A stretch of DNA of 64,000 nucleotides, from positions 1 through 64,000 of IMG/VR virus record IMGVR_UViG_3300035685_000002, one strand, 5' to 3'. Source of the stretch: a virus. Taxonomy: Duplodnaviria > Caudoviricetes. The notes beneath the pieces are model-generated. The model saw nothing but the letters and a program-made list of their open reading frames with translations. It made no database searches and was not told the DNA's origin. Positions 44,401 to 49,753 of this stretch are shown here, one piece after another; the stretch's first letter is position 1, and the number at the start of each line of letters is the position of its first letter. Made by a program: the position numbers and the translations under genes.

Positions 44401-44584
44401 TGGTGGTACTGTTAGCACAACTCAGCCCCCTAATATTGAGTTAAGTATTACCTTTAGTGGGGATATTGTTTTAGGTGGGTCAAGCAGTCAGGAGAGTGCT
44501 AGGGAGTTTATGGATATGATTGGTCCTGAGATTGAGCAGTTAGTAGTAGAGGCAATGCGACAGCGAGGTGAATTTTCTAGATAA
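26498..44584 (+). CDS. giant tail tape measure protein (6028 aa) with an internal J-domain
   Basis: N-terminal TP901-type TMP core, long Ala/Gly/Leu-rich amphipathic and TM regions, W-spaced repeats, C-terminal FATGG.V..LH..EFV motif. J-domain at about 37811-37996. Confidence 0.9.
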   Translation: MDQDRYGLRAIYSFQIAGDAMSNMASVRDRLTDIINAVRNLSETSGAAAPKMGRDFGQMGSRVARGTQGAASSLNSFAQAAKAARDKLQPLKSEFRALRAESRNIDFGDLTDSAQFQQASRDVEQYINSLKALERQIEGNTFVEREFGASLKQQQRIAQTRVDMAGEQRKAAIASQRLGVSQGLQATGQNILGNLEAPIQSAQQLQQSLGNVKKLADDLSSEGYRDLTNSALNFSAAIGVADTEVTAIFEDLAGAGKGFGKELQDRIGETEGILQVKSALDVSIGAATQLDITLGSIYKHSLNQYAGGVVELNQRTASSINELADNLQNVRISAEDVIPVMKVVMNVAGDAKNFPVSDIAAYGAAISALGTVEPEAAGSFFNRLGTSMAGKFKGAFIENLGYGDEATFGQAVDTDKLGVLLRILEKYKNLEGGELVKGSFLSGIGIKSAQDQKLVQGLANNLDVLIEARKVAAAGFQGEVGKDLSVQAEFNRTMQTGAFQSRRFQAAVTALKDTLGLAIQDALTPFLVDLSDIIAVVLKFTQKYPGLTKAIALGTFGFGALATAIGTAGIVLFGFQQASATAAVAMLSMRSSLLPLTGFFETGLAGMTGGTNALTASLNLLGGVGRIAISPLMALGGVFSFLTSPIMLAIASITSLYVLLESLTPGVNLLGRALSLLAAPVGFIKGLLQGLFAGIAPVIAPLGQQIQRSLVRPLSVVTDALHQAVDTFAVFSSKGQEFGTRLAQGLIDGFNRIGNAWNYTVEWLKSRVTSLLSFFRTIGQMFVSALSENSPGPTFQIRAKWDAAIEYIKEKVASLKNAIASIGQQIADSFSRLVISIQSNFDKFLVYGIRGGIRAAARVLYSEFSIMGGESVSLFGAILKLFQGEFLLFTDGIASFSLSRGFVELLAPLRSEFSLVGAVIGVQVQSILADGKIFQTVLSAMATAVSYVARNLPILASGINYVALAFRALTPLLRRLVPGLGIVLFLVDTVHLLYRALSFLDTKLGWTWLDGLVGGLKTASDGIDLATSKMRGFIVSGINGLISAISTGWTNAFSSITQNWETWTNSVVVRIAVVASAIASIPDTLKTAFTGFLSDSQATLSSFAATLRSWFANLGRNLVQFVPDTIRGVFERLNLANFILLFTSSLPLGLLAGQIKLEFIKAAAMALPGIAAALGMAAFGPLVEAIALALPVISSLLVSSGIADRVTQFFSNVFTQAIDYAVNNLGLQLPDWLKTVGAFTDALDHFFQQLGQLALSLPTPVFFTALSPFILAVISRFNESTKAFELFISKAGGVGRVIGLIGQQLKKLLVPLGYVASMVRDFLTGPPPDLGFIIRPLVAAFNYIKPLLQPIISTVATVLRPLLSSLGIALEPLLSVLSSVASQIYAVLIPAIASIQTNLVGVVTAFLASPAFAALLPFLNLVGGGAIAAGLGVARAASGGAAAVAGGVKSAIDIAAPRLVQAGDLSIRLLGNILKAVLLISRGVTGAAIAPLNILQELLDFSNIEKVTQAAGRVTPIDLLPFFEDVRLGKVQKQTGILVNSLGPLGKTLVQLRFSFVAILEVAGAVGLGLIALEGYLKATGSGFSVFGTAAVFAAQALNVAKIAIYALRLAWVSLRYITLDLSNNLIPPRLAEATPEWVKTTSAVLKVLRDAFLLTGRVVSAALYGIVFALKTVYSAIVILGVVPALEILKYGLILVRTVLEVVTGDFHSLSKGAELVKTAILGITTALYSLRDILIPIALIFGTLLFPRIGLVVTIAVELVRGFKDVRNVFNLTYQTIKFLVGGLYELRGAIGMVGFALFAVFNLSSPWLIALSAGIGWVIEWTRGFRELHQIIDAVNSVIAFLDKSIKGLLDSVFAPISFGPFQGIIDFIKNNWPVILSAFVAFNIFLTRNLFGGFQKSFGIVPRAIGLISTSFQKMLGAFSQIFPFFDRFRREVVVLKKEAVFNQAQMFQGDYIGGRPRPSIGDREMLGRQQEIVKFRSLLEQEALSEARRRHTEKRLQKTYSHRTTEGYQQRLVNPRVGPLDPRRALDSLEARTVQFSTKQIEASRTNVLKDYQRMSAIAQRAGLGGFSLPQLQALSAREGSDYYTQKGILPTLDAKYIEITAGQVVVSANRKQGQRQGIGSIDQEQLGQGAYKQFQEIAKLSKQLSPLSEEDIGIPGVIQTIASNEKLGGKASGISGTGNISQKELNSNDVPGVLGDIYSLRTARGINPLNLQQEKRVSDVLKQLSRQSGSVNLDQLKEVAEHMLIPGARGRMVPPELVEFEKAILEAKIRRQASPSTFNSYAPKGFAEIIRLLQSDRDARQLMEGQGYSEEFINQAITTLTKSRTKSRDPQMRQFNQRKLNELMATLMASEFSLGTVGKGDIGEVFYRSPLADEPRRVGAQGETGVSSDAIFSRFLSKPTYKTTVAQVRAQQESRTRNQSSVRQALNSMYADKFDFGSVVKNTAPNKTAKAAVRNFLVDLSKRTGSPLDESEIDMLKSDLNKANTAQQFQDFIKREIVNKRQGKEFGQFMERYRAAVFMREQGIVPKERMNEQTKKTETISVLETMGEHSKAVTNLQQGNFETLVRKYGFDMGNVGAIANRSGLDVDELYFGEKVPKADKMYARRLRESKMESFAKNAGYSGIDQVLEEMAQDQSGNIDPGRLNAAREKYRKVTEADWGNKKTIEAMQQFSRNMGVDNNEFMNAILSGNLLDEEKNTPKGMGRRISQFFSLRKNKLTAGLVSGIYQDADIRAAQSQINKGLEAAARDRVTGLNAIITQTGGSLPDLLKTLDVNISASDFRKELRLNPSITKLKDLLGGGEVGIKKLKQLSTALGTTTDKLLDTLQEASNLTYIERLQVGFYTALKEFGYKTTAVFSRINKNILSFSFGIQGFLGLDRLDNYYGRLRKVYNRQLEKYNQKNASNLNFMIQEAGFDTAKDFVAYLERSGIDKAAIGNLLKGKTKNIDDRSIKDIARILGLSKRSDSGENIPDTSSLLSSEFTTKAYKPFQSFFSFGLKATLSSKFIRNSLVRSVGAGVQSAISSTGSLLTRVGQVNVRESIEAIASSIERAVARFNMSIATGGGTPATAMERLAKEVRRQIAVNLNKLTLVVTSPLKKLAQAAPNSKISEIVNAAYRSIPDRLLAIALKAREQAAALSSSGAKYQKTIARAEFFEKASRGFENFQNSYPTLRTAISGMFESMGTGFRHLGGEINSKAIGVAKKIGFDELYTKFKQAVKNVPGFSDVDRAARIATIQGFLKQARKGAVAAAQSAEQRRVQFAAPRTLGQAGYNVTDAAGNRATRIQERLNRPDSKFSPTARQYLENKGYKIESLSPEQQDPQVIYGPFVKAFRTIAKAARVSEGLVEKALSNPVVYVLTRWTDLTWFFIKKLPSAIASGFRLASNAVAASTRHMVNLVREAVVQVASRIIQVFPQAAGIIIGSLDLISRASRFVGDEISQFLSNPANYVSNSWARAVNFISSLWNKLTGAASKLGTWLVNKLNHGAADVTAEAWARTQNSTAENMQHMAQNATAAGHQIEGAMVHAAQSTDETLTHATRNPLAAFGKLQHAVMAIGGLGVGLSTIGNSLQESNPALSATLTKMSGIVFAIDAVGGAVYALQQFGGNLFQFFTDESVLNFLGAVKTRILATLPAIRAFGVALKSQFLSGALFTNPIFLAIAGISAAITALYFAFKNNFLGIRDLIASVAPIFQKVAEIITGAVQSISNAISALTSNMGTMIPQILLIGAVTVSSMDSLPIKEILVSKLEATEKAISPIAARISRKIQGDTHYTTLGISPTAKPEDVKAAYRSKAKQFHPDLNQSKAASDEFIKVSEAYRTLADAERRVAYDAVASTKAMGGFTHSLKRLPELLSSGVTGGMGLLKNFIKELPGIVDTAGKRSLELVKLLMGDAVSAVASNFPKLYKVIERIAQAILKKFGQLGTGAKKLFNFFVNPTDVAAFGMHRLGDAISGLSPQVGKALHGLGDLTAWYGDFMGLHSMVYAGLKKFKLTQPLANLAKTIATSHPLLEKFARFSKGMADDGFEFLAKNYGDRFKNQISKLNPVLASLKSKFAEFASSVVSAFSTRWSSFVTVWPGMVDGAAKAIQPKFQGLTNFLTGVGNQMLLTGTSLTQPLLKAGTAAAVQAGILVPSNQAIAASYAGTAVAANSSSLTIVKSSGRSAIAVATEAGEIIPLNLSMAGSFGALAAGVTTATTAVWAFVSPWVIAVSTALAPFLPVILGVIGAVALFGVIWRTNLFGLGSAIKPLLDFSIGLLKIVGAAIYVVSGLFLVITAVKLAGMVLRNVFGLIGSTIHQTQKTVAGSWFGDFLSKLAAPFKFAWNALNTLADGILGIGRGGQIVNEILEDIAKHPVRFLQTSFMAINWLVKSLIKPLLLLTTGAWGLAKAFGGGVVGAISSISGLLGGVINALEALWTSVASFLQSAFQNTLNYFGQIDWVAVSTGATDALTGIGMAILQPFVWVYNQIDAIAKKSTEVFDALGAKLSKIPVVGLAFQKGLTPPPTTEAAQSPLVAEAAIPSLIQQTPTGAAISSPVVDAQSPLAAASGQVQQAWTGFGSWFGSFMQNLPEDAQIAGQGLISALNCWPTVVIPQSWERAAGEIGGSLTGLTQEAVTRGEEIAQGMQQAIEPSLLGVFQKVKLLRQGFDMKGVQMILGEESLGDQLSKLQGATIDFRRSFVNALLHLDFSAAGESLATYGRAWLSTGSGILGTVKSMTSSMIAFGIYSLLGLNPLLLVMGGIALAGLAIAFNFLGIRTILGGLIGVIKGLLGVFVSTIKFAVNLGRAIGTIWQGIQLMDFDMIKVGAVNAFSAITGYVKDLWQSLSQGLGGVLQVLRGLFEGLGQVGGGVLSLFGMKGTWVSDVFGRIFSFVGNLASAFISMVTRPQQAWTRFKELLDSILEKVQQVLGKAKDVATNAMEGVKSSPLGQSVRIVKKVVTGESSSIGDAVDQVRFEERLKGKEPGLNLGEQVTAAKINAKKRFDNAVAFTGGLFRRRSKDEDLVAPVNSSSQNNTPQVPKLGTAGNPIKIDQNFPIIPPVKIDTPDIDPLNDTDIPQKSTSRIQKLSAASDSTSNAVSSLGTVVGAFSPQLAAPLYVATSLLSAVNNLGDVATSSKEALAGFADAFPGLGKSMSEMGQRARDIYSGFTSWVGGASIFEKASGLMAGANQFLSSKFEGVTSSAQKLWRQVVVNYQAFGAYDTASMLMSKTSSFLSSRFEGVTSSAQKLWRQVVVNYQAFGVYDTGSMLMSRANSFLSSSFDSLKAFVAQAWTKVASFYEGTPLAATASKVIGAANEFISTTFSNLKSFASMAWQELVAGYEKSGLAASVSKIIGAANEFIANTFGPVKEFATNAWQAIVKAYQDSGLAAGVSKIIGAANEFISSTFNSVKQFAIKAWQAIVTTYQEGGVAAVGSRVIAAANEFISTSFAKVKEFAVQAWTSIVATYQKGGLAAVWAKLMGGANEFISSSFAKVKAFAVQAWAGVVASYEGSALAAMLSNTISRANEFISTSFAKVKEFALKAWATMVATYQEGGIAAVGSKIIAVANEFISSSFAKVKAFAIQAWASIVATYQQGGFAAIGSKIIAAANTLISTSFAGLKNFASQAWQSIVLGYQQGNIAAIASSAIARANQLLSGSFGSLKDFAGNAWGEIVGGYKQGLIATQAQIAQKAAAAAAAATQAAVEVPANAAIAASEQGVAVAASVAGTAQVQSSVAGSAAATTGAGVVASANTVMSSSFARLGMAASKAWAFIVGPLLPIIVIVGALALVIGSVYFAFKSNFLGFGSLLKTFWKSLQQLGKSLATLFSPLMPLFKLVGGLILLVIVGPIMLVVGALTLAVMAINALVQGVIAIASTAFNFLWGLIPQPLRWLIEQASKGIEFAVNALFGGNKGGDQATEDLPHFATGGPVSAGSPGGSVAAILHDNEFVMNPDATRENYGLLQLLNSGVPAEDAIRMIPTTPPAPVALPMGTGGGGTVSTTQPPNIELSITFSGDIVLGGSSSQESAREFMDMIGPEIEQLVVEAMRQRGEFSR
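41984..43460 (+). repeat. about 12 tandem 126-bp (42-aa) repeats within the tape measure gene
   Basis: Unit ANEFIS.SFAKVK.FA.QAW..IV..YQ.GG.AA..SKII.A. The first two units are near-identical in DNA (42008 vs 42134). Confidence 0.9.
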
Positions 44585-44596
44585 TAAAGGTTTATT

Positions 44597-45883
44597 ATGG
44601 TGAGTTTTGGAACAGAGAAGACTCTCCTAGCACTTGCTCAGGTAGAGTTATTGCAAGCTGCATTTGAATGGGATAAACAAAATTCCTGGGTGAAGAGGAC
44701 AAGGGATGGTCGATTTGGATCAGGCTCTTCTCAATCTATCTTGGCTCCCAAAGATCGGGTTACCGATAATCCTGGTGTTAGAGAATCTCTATCTAAAGTT
44801 GGAATAAGTCCTGATGAAGTCGCGATCGCCCTTGAACGGCTAGAATCTCGCCCCAAGGATTTTAGTCCAATTTATTCCATGATCTTGCTGCCATTTCAAA
44901 GAGAATATTTAGCCTCTAGAAATTTAAAACAGCAGGATCTGGAAAGATTTGATAGAAGGATAAGAGAAGTAAATAAAATTGTCGCACAAGGAAATTGGGA
45001 GAACAGTAAGGACTTAGCGTGGAGAGTGGGAGCTATAAAGGCTGAGGTTAAATATGGAGATCTGATTAACGACCTGGTAGACATATCCCTACCAGCAGAA
45101 GGCAGGTCTGGACTTAAACCACTTTTAGATATTTTTAAGGATAATACTGCTTACAAAAAGCTACTTAAACGATTAAACAAAAAAACACAGTCTAATGCAA
45201 TACGACAAGTTAGTTCAGAAGAAGCCAAGGCTATTCAAGATTTGTTTCGCAAAGTTCAGGATGTCACTCCTATAGAACAACGTATGACTGGAATTGTGGA
45301 AATACCAGAAGATCGCCGAGATAGTTTAATCAAAACCGCAGTAAAACCAGGTAAAGCTTTTCAGGAACTCGTCTATCCAAAGTTAGATGCAATTCTTGAC
45401 GCTTTGATGGAAAGAGGATTTACAACAAGTTCTGCTGAACTGAGGAAGGAGGCAGATAAGATGGGTTTCTCCGTAGACCCGGCTCTAGAGAAAGATTTTA
45501 GATACATCAATGTAGGTAATTACAAAGGACAAGCTGTCAAGTTTGTCATGGATCATGAACTAGGACATCAGTTGGAAATACAACTCAAACAAGTTGAGAC
45601 ATCTAAGCGGTTTATTGATGCTAGAGCCACTTCCCCTTTTCTGCAAGATTTGAAAGAATATGGTATGCCTGGGGAAAAGGTAAGACCAGATAACTTTTCT
45701 CATCCTTATACAGGAAAGGTTTACGACACAGATGCAACAGAGGTCGTATCAACTGCCACCCAGGCACTCGTTAGTCCTATGGTTCTCTCAGTGCAAAGCT
45801 ACTTAGATAGGGAGCATATTATGTATGGACTATCCGTCATGGACATGAAAGAAGGTGATCGCTTTCCGGGAGGTGAAAAGTGA
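44597..45883 (+). CDS. leader-bearing effector with a C-terminal zincin metallopeptidase domain
   Basis: N-terminal LQAAFEWDKQNSWVKRTRDGRF; HELGH plus downstream YTGKVY..TEVVS. Confidence 0.75.
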   Translation: MVSFGTEKTLLALAQVELLQAAFEWDKQNSWVKRTRDGRFGSGSSQSILAPKDRVTDNPGVRESLSKVGISPDEVAIALERLESRPKDFSPIYSMILLPFQREYLASRNLKQQDLERFDRRIREVNKIVAQGNWENSKDLAWRVGAIKAEVKYGDLINDLVDISLPAEGRSGLKPLLDIFKDNTAYKKLLKRLNKKTQSNAIRQVSSEEAKAIQDLFRKVQDVTPIEQRMTGIVEIPEDRRDSLIKTAVKPGKAFQELVYPKLDAILDALMERGFTTSSAELRKEADKMGFSVDPALEKDFRYINVGNYKGQAVKFVMDHELGHQLEIQLKQVETSKRFIDARATSPFLQDLKEYGMPGEKVRPDNFSHPYTGKVYDTDATEVVSTATQALVSPMVLSVQSYLDREHIMYGLSVMDMKEGDRFPGGEK

Positions 45884-46221
45884 TAATCGCAAAAATATTT
45901 AAAGAGAATTTTGCTGTATGCAATATAGGATTAATTCCAGCAGATAGGCGGTTGACAGCTCTTTCTAGCCAGATCTGTGACACAACAATTGAAGTACTAA
46001 GTGATCGCTTGTTTGATGAGTTGCTTTGTTATTTACTATTTGTTCGCGATCGCAAAAATTTCCCTATTGTAATGATGGAGGGTAATAGCTTCGAGTTTAT
46101 TTCCACAACTTACAACGATCTGGTCTTTGTACTTAATACGTTGCCTTCCGACTATCGCTACGAAGTAAGTGGTGATGTGATGATTGTAGACGACCCACTT
46201 CCTAGATGGGCAATACACTGA
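45880..46221 (+). CDS. putative immunity partner of the peptidase effector
   Basis: GTGA overlap with the effector stop; GGAGG RBS. Confidence 0.55.
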   Translation: MIIAKIFKENFAVCNIGLIPADRRLTALSSQICDTTIEVLSDRLFDELLCYLLFVRDRKNFPIVMMEGNSFEFISTTYNDLVFVLNTLPSDYRYEVSGDVMIVDDPLPRWAIH

Positions 46222-46742
46222 TGGAATTGAAATACGAGTCAGATTGGGGCAAGCTGTTTGATAGGCTCAACAAGCTTGAGGCGAATGTAAAGTCAGTCGG
46301 CGAGAGTATCTGTCAAGATGCTGTCCAGAACATGGATGATCTGTGTCGCGATCACCTCGCAAGCCAAGGACGGGGAGGAGCTACCCCACCATTGACGGCA
46401 ATGACAAAGCATATTTACTCGATTGATGGTGAACCGGATGGTAGCGGTATCCGGAACCACATGGAGGTCAAAACCGGTTGGGCGGGTAATGAGTATACAG
46501 CTGTGCTGGGAATCCTGGACGGAAAGCCTACTATTGTTGCCAAGGTGCAAAATGACGGATGCATTATTGATATCACTCCGGCTATGCGAGGGTACTTCGC
46601 AGCTCGCTACGGGATTTTCTTTAAGGCGGACAAGAAGTACCTGGTGGTTCCAGGGCGCAGGTTTTGGGACGAATCTTGGGAAAAGACTAGGAGTGAGACA
46701 ATAAAGGAACTGTCTAGTTTTTTCCGTAACGTCCTAGGGTAA
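46221..46742 (+). CDS. phage neck/tail completion (virion morphogenesis) protein
   Basis: PPL..T, G.IRNH, AKVQNDG..I.ITPAMR and VPGRRFW pattern; TGATG coupling. Confidence 0.65.
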   Translation: MELKYESDWGKLFDRLNKLEANVKSVGESICQDAVQNMDDLCRDHLASQGRGGATPPLTAMTKHIYSIDGEPDGSGIRNHMEVKTGWAGNEYTAVLGILDGKPTIVAKVQNDGCIIDITPAMRGYFAARYGIFFKADKKYLVVPGRRFWDESWEKTRSETIKELSSFFRNVLG

Positions 46743-46754
46743 TAAAGGTTTATT

Positions 46755-47528
46755 ATGAGTAATCCGATTGATTCGGTATTCAAATCCTATCAACTGCAAA
46801 TTCTATGTGAAGGTGCTGCTTTTGAATGGGACAAGAAAAACTCTTGGGTAAATCGAGGAGAGGGAGGAAAATTTGCAAAGTCTGCCGGGAGTAGTACTGA
46901 GGATGCTGACAAGGAATCCACTTCTGGTGCTAAGGATAAGATATTTAAGTCGGTGAGCGCAAAAGTTGATCAGATAGCAGGTGCGCTCGACAAGTTGCCA
47001 GAGAGCGATCTCCAAAAAATCTCCCAAGCAATCAATAGTCCCAATATGCAGAAAGCACGGGTAGCGGCGCGGGCTAAATTCGATGCAATCGGCAAAGAGG
47101 CGGGAGAGGCATATTCAATGGCTAATGCTCAGATGGCTCCCGTTTTTCAGAAGCATGGGAGCGATTTTAAGAAAGCCGTTGCGGAAGCGAAACGGATTGC
47201 CAAGGGAATTGTAGATACCACCAAGGAGAATCCTGAGCTTGTTGTAGCTGGAGCGATGGGAGCTATTTTGGCAACTGTTGGTACGGGGGGTGCGATCGCA
47301 TTCTTCACTATCCCTAACTTATTTGGATTAGGTGGGGTTTACGGTGGAATCGCGGCAATGGTAGGACAGCAAAGTGTTAGTCAGGTAGTATCTGCTTTTG
47401 CATTAGGCGGGCTTTCTCAGATTTCGTTTGGTGTAAGCATAGATTTAATAGCAGGTGGGCTAGCTCTCATGGTGAGCGATGCCGCTATTCTTGGGGATGC
47501 GGTTTCACAGAAATTGAAGAAAAAGTGA
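46755..47528 (+). CDS. leader-bearing effector with a long hydrophobic Gly-rich C-terminus (pore-forming-like)
   Basis: N-terminal GAAFEWDKKNSWVNRGEGGKF; C-terminal hydrophobic Gly-rich helices of about 90 aa. Confidence 0.68.
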   Translation: MSNPIDSVFKSYQLQILCEGAAFEWDKKNSWVNRGEGGKFAKSAGSSTEDADKESTSGAKDKIFKSVSAKVDQIAGALDKLPESDLQKISQAINSPNMQKARVAARAKFDAIGKEAGEAYSMANAQMAPVFQKHGSDFKKAVAEAKRIAKGIVDTTKENPELVVAGAMGAILATVGTGGAIAFFTIPNLFGLGGVYGGIAAMVGQQSVSQVVSAFALGGLSQISFGVSIDLIAGGLALMVSDAAILGDAVSQKLKKK

Positions 47529-47737
47529 TGAATCGTGATCGCCACCCTTATCTCTCTAATTGGTATATGTTTCGTGCGCCCGGAACAATGTGCCTTAATT
47601 GTGGCGAGAAGCTCAAGAGTCATCCCCGTCGCTGGGTCTGGGTTTACGGCTGTAATGGGATGTTCTTAGGATACGTGCATGGATATTCTTGCTACGTGGA
47701 AGATGATAATGATGATACGGAGTATCAGAAAACCTAA
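47525..47737 (+). CDS. small Cys/His protein, putative partner of the upstream effector
   Basis: GTGA overlap; CxxC..H..C..H..C. Confidence 0.5.
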   Translation: MMNRDRHPYLSNWYMFRAPGTMCLNCGEKLKSHPRRWVWVYGCNGMFLGYVHGYSCYVEDDNDDTEYQKT

Positions 47738-48696
47738 TGTTTTTTGTTATCTACGAGGCTCAGTCAGGGCAGCTATTAAATCCTAAGTTGCAGTTCCGCT
47801 GGGAGGGGTTTCAGATAGTCCCAAGTGAGAAGGGAGCTGTTGTGGATATTTCGGCTGCTGATGACAGGCAGTTATTAGGACTCTCTCCAGATGAAGTCAG
47901 GGCAATTCTGCCTACGATTAATGGGGCTATTACGTTTACCATCAAGTCACCACATCCCGATCCGAGGATACATATCGGCTGCTGGTTGATTGGTAATTTG
48001 CGAAAGTACTTAATCGATTTTGCGCTACCCTCAGCATTGCTTAGACCCGTGATTCTGCAAAGACGAGTAGAGCCGATGTCTGACCGAGTTAGAATTCCCG
48101 CGCCGGGGGGAGTGATACCGGAACAAATCGAGGCTGGGGTTGAGGTTATGCAGATACCTAGTGGGAAACATATTAAAGGTTTATTAAGGGGGAGTGAGAT
48201 CTTTTTAAATAGTCCGATGCAAGACGATGAGGGATATTTGGTTTTTAAGTACACGCCTGTTTTGGAAAAAAATAATCAAATCTCTCAAGTGCCTTGTTTT
48301 ATGGTGAGGGGTGGTAAGAATATAAACCATCGAAGGATAAACGCAAAAGAGTATTTACCTGGGCTGAAATGGGAAGTGTTGTCTCAGGTAGATGTTGAAG
48401 CAGAGATTATGATAGTTGGCGCGTCAGAAACGGATGCGCAAAAGATTGCAGAATCTGCCGTAGGATTTTTGGGTTCTAGAGGATACATAGATGCTCCAGC
48501 TTTTGATTTACAGATCGCCGTTTCGGTACTAGGAACGATTCAAGAAGGTCCGATGCGGGTGGGAGAGTCGCCAGGGATTGAGGGCTTGTCGGCGCTGACA
48601 TTTCGGGTTAGGTTGTTGAACTTGATTCAGAGTACGACCGCTGAGAGGGTTGATCTGAGGACGGACTGGGAGATTCAGGCTAGATCGAATGTTTAG
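47737..48696 (+). CDS. hypothetical, probably structural (beta-rich) protein
   Basis: 319-aa ORF coupled (TAATG) within the tail region. Confidence 0.55.
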   Translation: MFFVIYEAQSGQLLNPKLQFRWEGFQIVPSEKGAVVDISAADDRQLLGLSPDEVRAILPTINGAITFTIKSPHPDPRIHIGCWLIGNLRKYLIDFALPSALLRPVILQRRVEPMSDRVRIPAPGGVIPEQIEAGVEVMQIPSGKHIKGLLRGSEIFLNSPMQDDEGYLVFKYTPVLEKNNQISQVPCFMVRGGKNINHRRINAKEYLPGLKWEVLSQVDVEAEIMIVGASETDAQKIAESAVGFLGSRGYIDAPAFDLQIAVSVLGTIQEGPMRVGESPGIEGLSALTFRVRLLNLIQSTTAERVDLRTDWEIQARSNV

Positions 48697-48771
48697 CAAA
48701 ATGCAGAAGCCTTGATGTTTATTACACAGATTTGTGATAAAATAATGTAGTAAACATCAAACATCAAAAGT

Positions 48772-49395
48772 ATGTCTTCAACTAATTTGGCAAAAGAGGC
48801 TGGCTTAGTAAGCAATGTTAATCCAGAAACGGGAATCCGGTATGGGGTGATATCTGCACATAGTGTGCCTTGGCTACAAGATGAGATTATTACTCATGGA
48901 GAGTCTATTACTTATCGGAATTACGTTAGCGAATTGCAAGATCGCATTCGCTATGCACCTACCCAAGAGGATGGCAACTTGAGCGATGTTCTTGAGGATT
49001 ACTATTTAGGCGATCGCGCTAAGGATGACATCTTAGAATCTGCCCAAGAGCATGAAGGTGCCTGGACGGAGGAGGATATCGAGGAGCTTACGCAAAGCGT
49101 TTTAGATGCTATTTCTTGTCTAGAGTTCGATGAAGAAGAATACGAGTATGAAGATGAGGAGTCTCGCTTTTTACTTGGATTCCTCGGTGGTGGACCAATG
49201 ATCTGGGTACTCAAATCACCCGTGATAACGAATGTTCGCCTGTGTTCCCCCTGTGCTCCCGGTGCTGGAGATTTAGATTCTCCAGATGATGATGGATACG
49301 CATGCTATGCGGTATCAGAAGAGTGGTTCGATGAGGACAATCCCTGTCCCTATCCCACTTGGGCAGCAATAGAGGCAGAAGTGATCAATATTTAA
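48772..49395 (+). CDS. highly acidic hypothetical phage protein
   Basis: N.ETGIRYGVIS and CSPCAPGAGDLD; promoter-like motif at 48733. Confidence 0.7.
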   Translation: MSSTNLAKEAGLVSNVNPETGIRYGVISAHSVPWLQDEIITHGESITYRNYVSELQDRIRYAPTQEDGNLSDVLEDYYLGDRAKDDILESAQEHEGAWTEEDIEELTQSVLDAISCLEFDEEEYEYEDEESRFLLGFLGGGPMIWVLKSPVITNVRLCSPCAPGAGDLDSPDDDGYACYAVSEEWFDEDNPCPYPTWAAIEAEVINI

Positions 49396-49449
49396 CAAAA
49401 AGCCCCGCAGTTTATCTACGGGGCTTTTGCTTTTTAATAAAGGTTTATT

Positions 49450-49659
49450 ATGCGGCTAATTGATGTTTACAAACCAGGCACTAAGGTTGTTAATAAATTT
49501 GACGGGAGAGTTGTTTTTGTTAGTTCGTGCGATCGCTGCCAATACGGTTATTGGACAGTCATCAAAGGCAAAGATTTCGCGGTTGCCAGTACCCTGGATT
49601 CTCTCATTTTTGCAGGTTGGAAAGCTCAAAGAATTAATTCTCTAGCTGCTAGAATTTAG
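49450..49659 (+). CDS. hypothetical protein
   Basis: Its ATG overlaps the end of the palindrome at 49435-49450. Confidence 0.45.
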   Translation: MRLIDVYKPGTKVVNKFDGRVVFVSSCDRCQYGYWTVIKGKDFAVASTLDSLIFAGWKAQRINSLAARI

Positions 49660-49753
49660 GGGTAATTCCCAGCGCGATTGAGGAGATGTTGAGACCATCC
49701 CCGCGATCGCATTACCACTGGGGCTATTCACCAGAAACGACCTGGCAAACAGC

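Noticed and set aside
17119-47528. Shared effector leader as a Sec/Tat signal or MuF domain
   Set aside because: It lacks a clear basic n-region with a continuous hydrophobic core and has no twin-Arg. It is far shorter than MuF, and conservation lies after the helix (RxxxGRF).
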